A DNA stretch of 64,000 nucleotides from assembly GCF_006345805.1 (NCBI RefSeq), contig NC_042997.1, positions 50,406,001 through 50,470,000 of the forward strand, given 5' to 3'. Of this stretch, positions 62,532 to 64,000 are shown in pieces. A model generated the notes under the pieces. It ran no database searches, had not been told where the DNA came from, and saw nothing but the letters and a program-made list of their open reading frames with translations. The position numbers and the translations under genes were made by a program. The DNA comes from Octopus sinensis (Eukaryota). Numbering within the stretch: position 1 is the stretch's first letter; every line of letters starts with the position of its first letter.

Positions 62532-64000
62532 TCTATATATATATATATTTGTACCGTATGGTTCCATATATTTACCGATTTGCCCTTTCCAATGTGGAAG
62601 AACTGCTGGATAAGAGTTGATGAGGAAACTACGAAGATCTCCCTAAAAACAGGATCTCCCGGAAACAAGGGAGAAAATCATGTCTGTGTGTGAGTGTGTA
62701 TGTATGTATGTATGTTTGTGTGTATGTACGTATGTGTGTATATATGCATGTGTGTGTGTATGTATGTATGTATGTATGTATGGAGTATGTATGTATGTAT
62801 GTATGTATGTATGTATGTATGTATGTATGTATATGTTTGTGTGTATGTGTGTATGTATGTGTGTAAGTATAAGTACAAAGTGAGTGGGTGGGTGAGAGCC
62901 ACGCAACAATAATCCCAGTTTGCGGGGTAAGCTTCTTGCTTCTGGTCTATTAGCTTAGATACCAGCTTAGATGAGGGTCGCAGTAAAGCAGAACCGAATG
63001 GAATGGATAAATCCAATATTTCGTATAAGACAGAGAGAGAGAGAGAGCGAGAGAGAAAGAAAGAGAGAGCGATAGTAAGTGAGTGAATGAGTGAATGAGA
63101 GAGAGAGAAGAAACGAAGGAGAGTGAAAGAGAAATATCGAGTAAAAATCCTCAATATGTACCAGTAATTTACGTGTGTCAGTTGATTCAAAAAGCGATAT
63201 AGCTTTTTATTCCATTTACAAAAACGGGTTTGTCCTTACCAAAGGACTCCCAACCATTTTCGTTATTATCGTTGTTGTTGTTGTTGTGTAGAATGTTCAT
63301 TAAAATTTACGATGTTGTTATTAGGTTCGTTTCCTTCTTTCTTCGAATCGTTTTTGTTGTTTTGTTTTATGCGAACAGCTTGCTTCTTTTCATCTTCTTC
63401 CTGTTTCAATCCTATTTCTATTTTTCTTTCTTTTTCTCTTCCCCTCTCTGCTCTGTCTTTCTCTCTTTCTCTCTCTCTCTCTCTTCATCTCATTCTCTCT
63501 TTCTCGTTTGTAGACGTTTCACTGATATTTGTATTCCTACACTTATGAATATTAATGAGCTCCAAACACTATATATTCACATCTCGCAAGCCAGTTGTAG
63601 CTTTTTTCTAGAAAGCAGTCGCAGTATAGTGTCGGACGAAACAGAAGCACACAAGTCGGTCAATGCTGTAAATACTTTGTACTTTTTTACCGAAAACAGA
63701 AGGGGGCGACAGAGTTGTGTGATTTGCTCTTACGAACCACCAAAACGAAAAAAAAAAACAGACACTAACAACACCAATTGTACTACTACTATTACCAAAA
63801 CAATCATATAACTTTCAATCAGAAATTTTAATATATACATATATATATAACATATATATATATGATATATATATACGATATATATCTACACATACAATAT
63901 CATAAATACTCAACACAGCTGGAAACATACTTAAACAGCTTTTTAAAAAAAAAACCATTCGCTCTACATTACAAGGTAAGTTGGCAAAAAAAAAAATTGA

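Overview
AT-rich, microsatellite-dense animal genomic DNA. The SINE families and repeat landscape are typical of Octopus (coleoid cephalopod); this taxon call is inferred from repeat recognition. No host gene can be supported with confidence: nearly all ORF-track entries are microsatellite translations or transposon fragments, and there is one candidate exon at 42233-42445. Transposon content: a near-intact full-length CR1-group LINE (9.8-14.1 kb, +); a second full-length CR1-group LINE (28.5-33.2 kb, -) whose ORF1 combines a Myb/SANT-like N-terminus with tandem CCCH zinc fingers; an open-frame RTE 3' fragment; several R4/Dong and L1/Tx1 fragments; Penelope-like (GIY-YIG) remnants; a non-autonomous Helitron; mariner and hAT MITEs; and many tRNA-derived SINEs, including two trimers and an inverted pair. 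The most interesting signal is invisible to the ORF track: at least seven hammerhead-ribozyme-like motifs from several sequence families. Two have a complete core with paired stems and a palindromic stem III (19398-19474 +, 49337-49388 -). A homologous pair shows compensatory base changes (21138-21196 -, 54067-54125 -). Some lie next to Penelope-like remnants. All folds and alignments were done by eye and need computational and biochemical confirmation.
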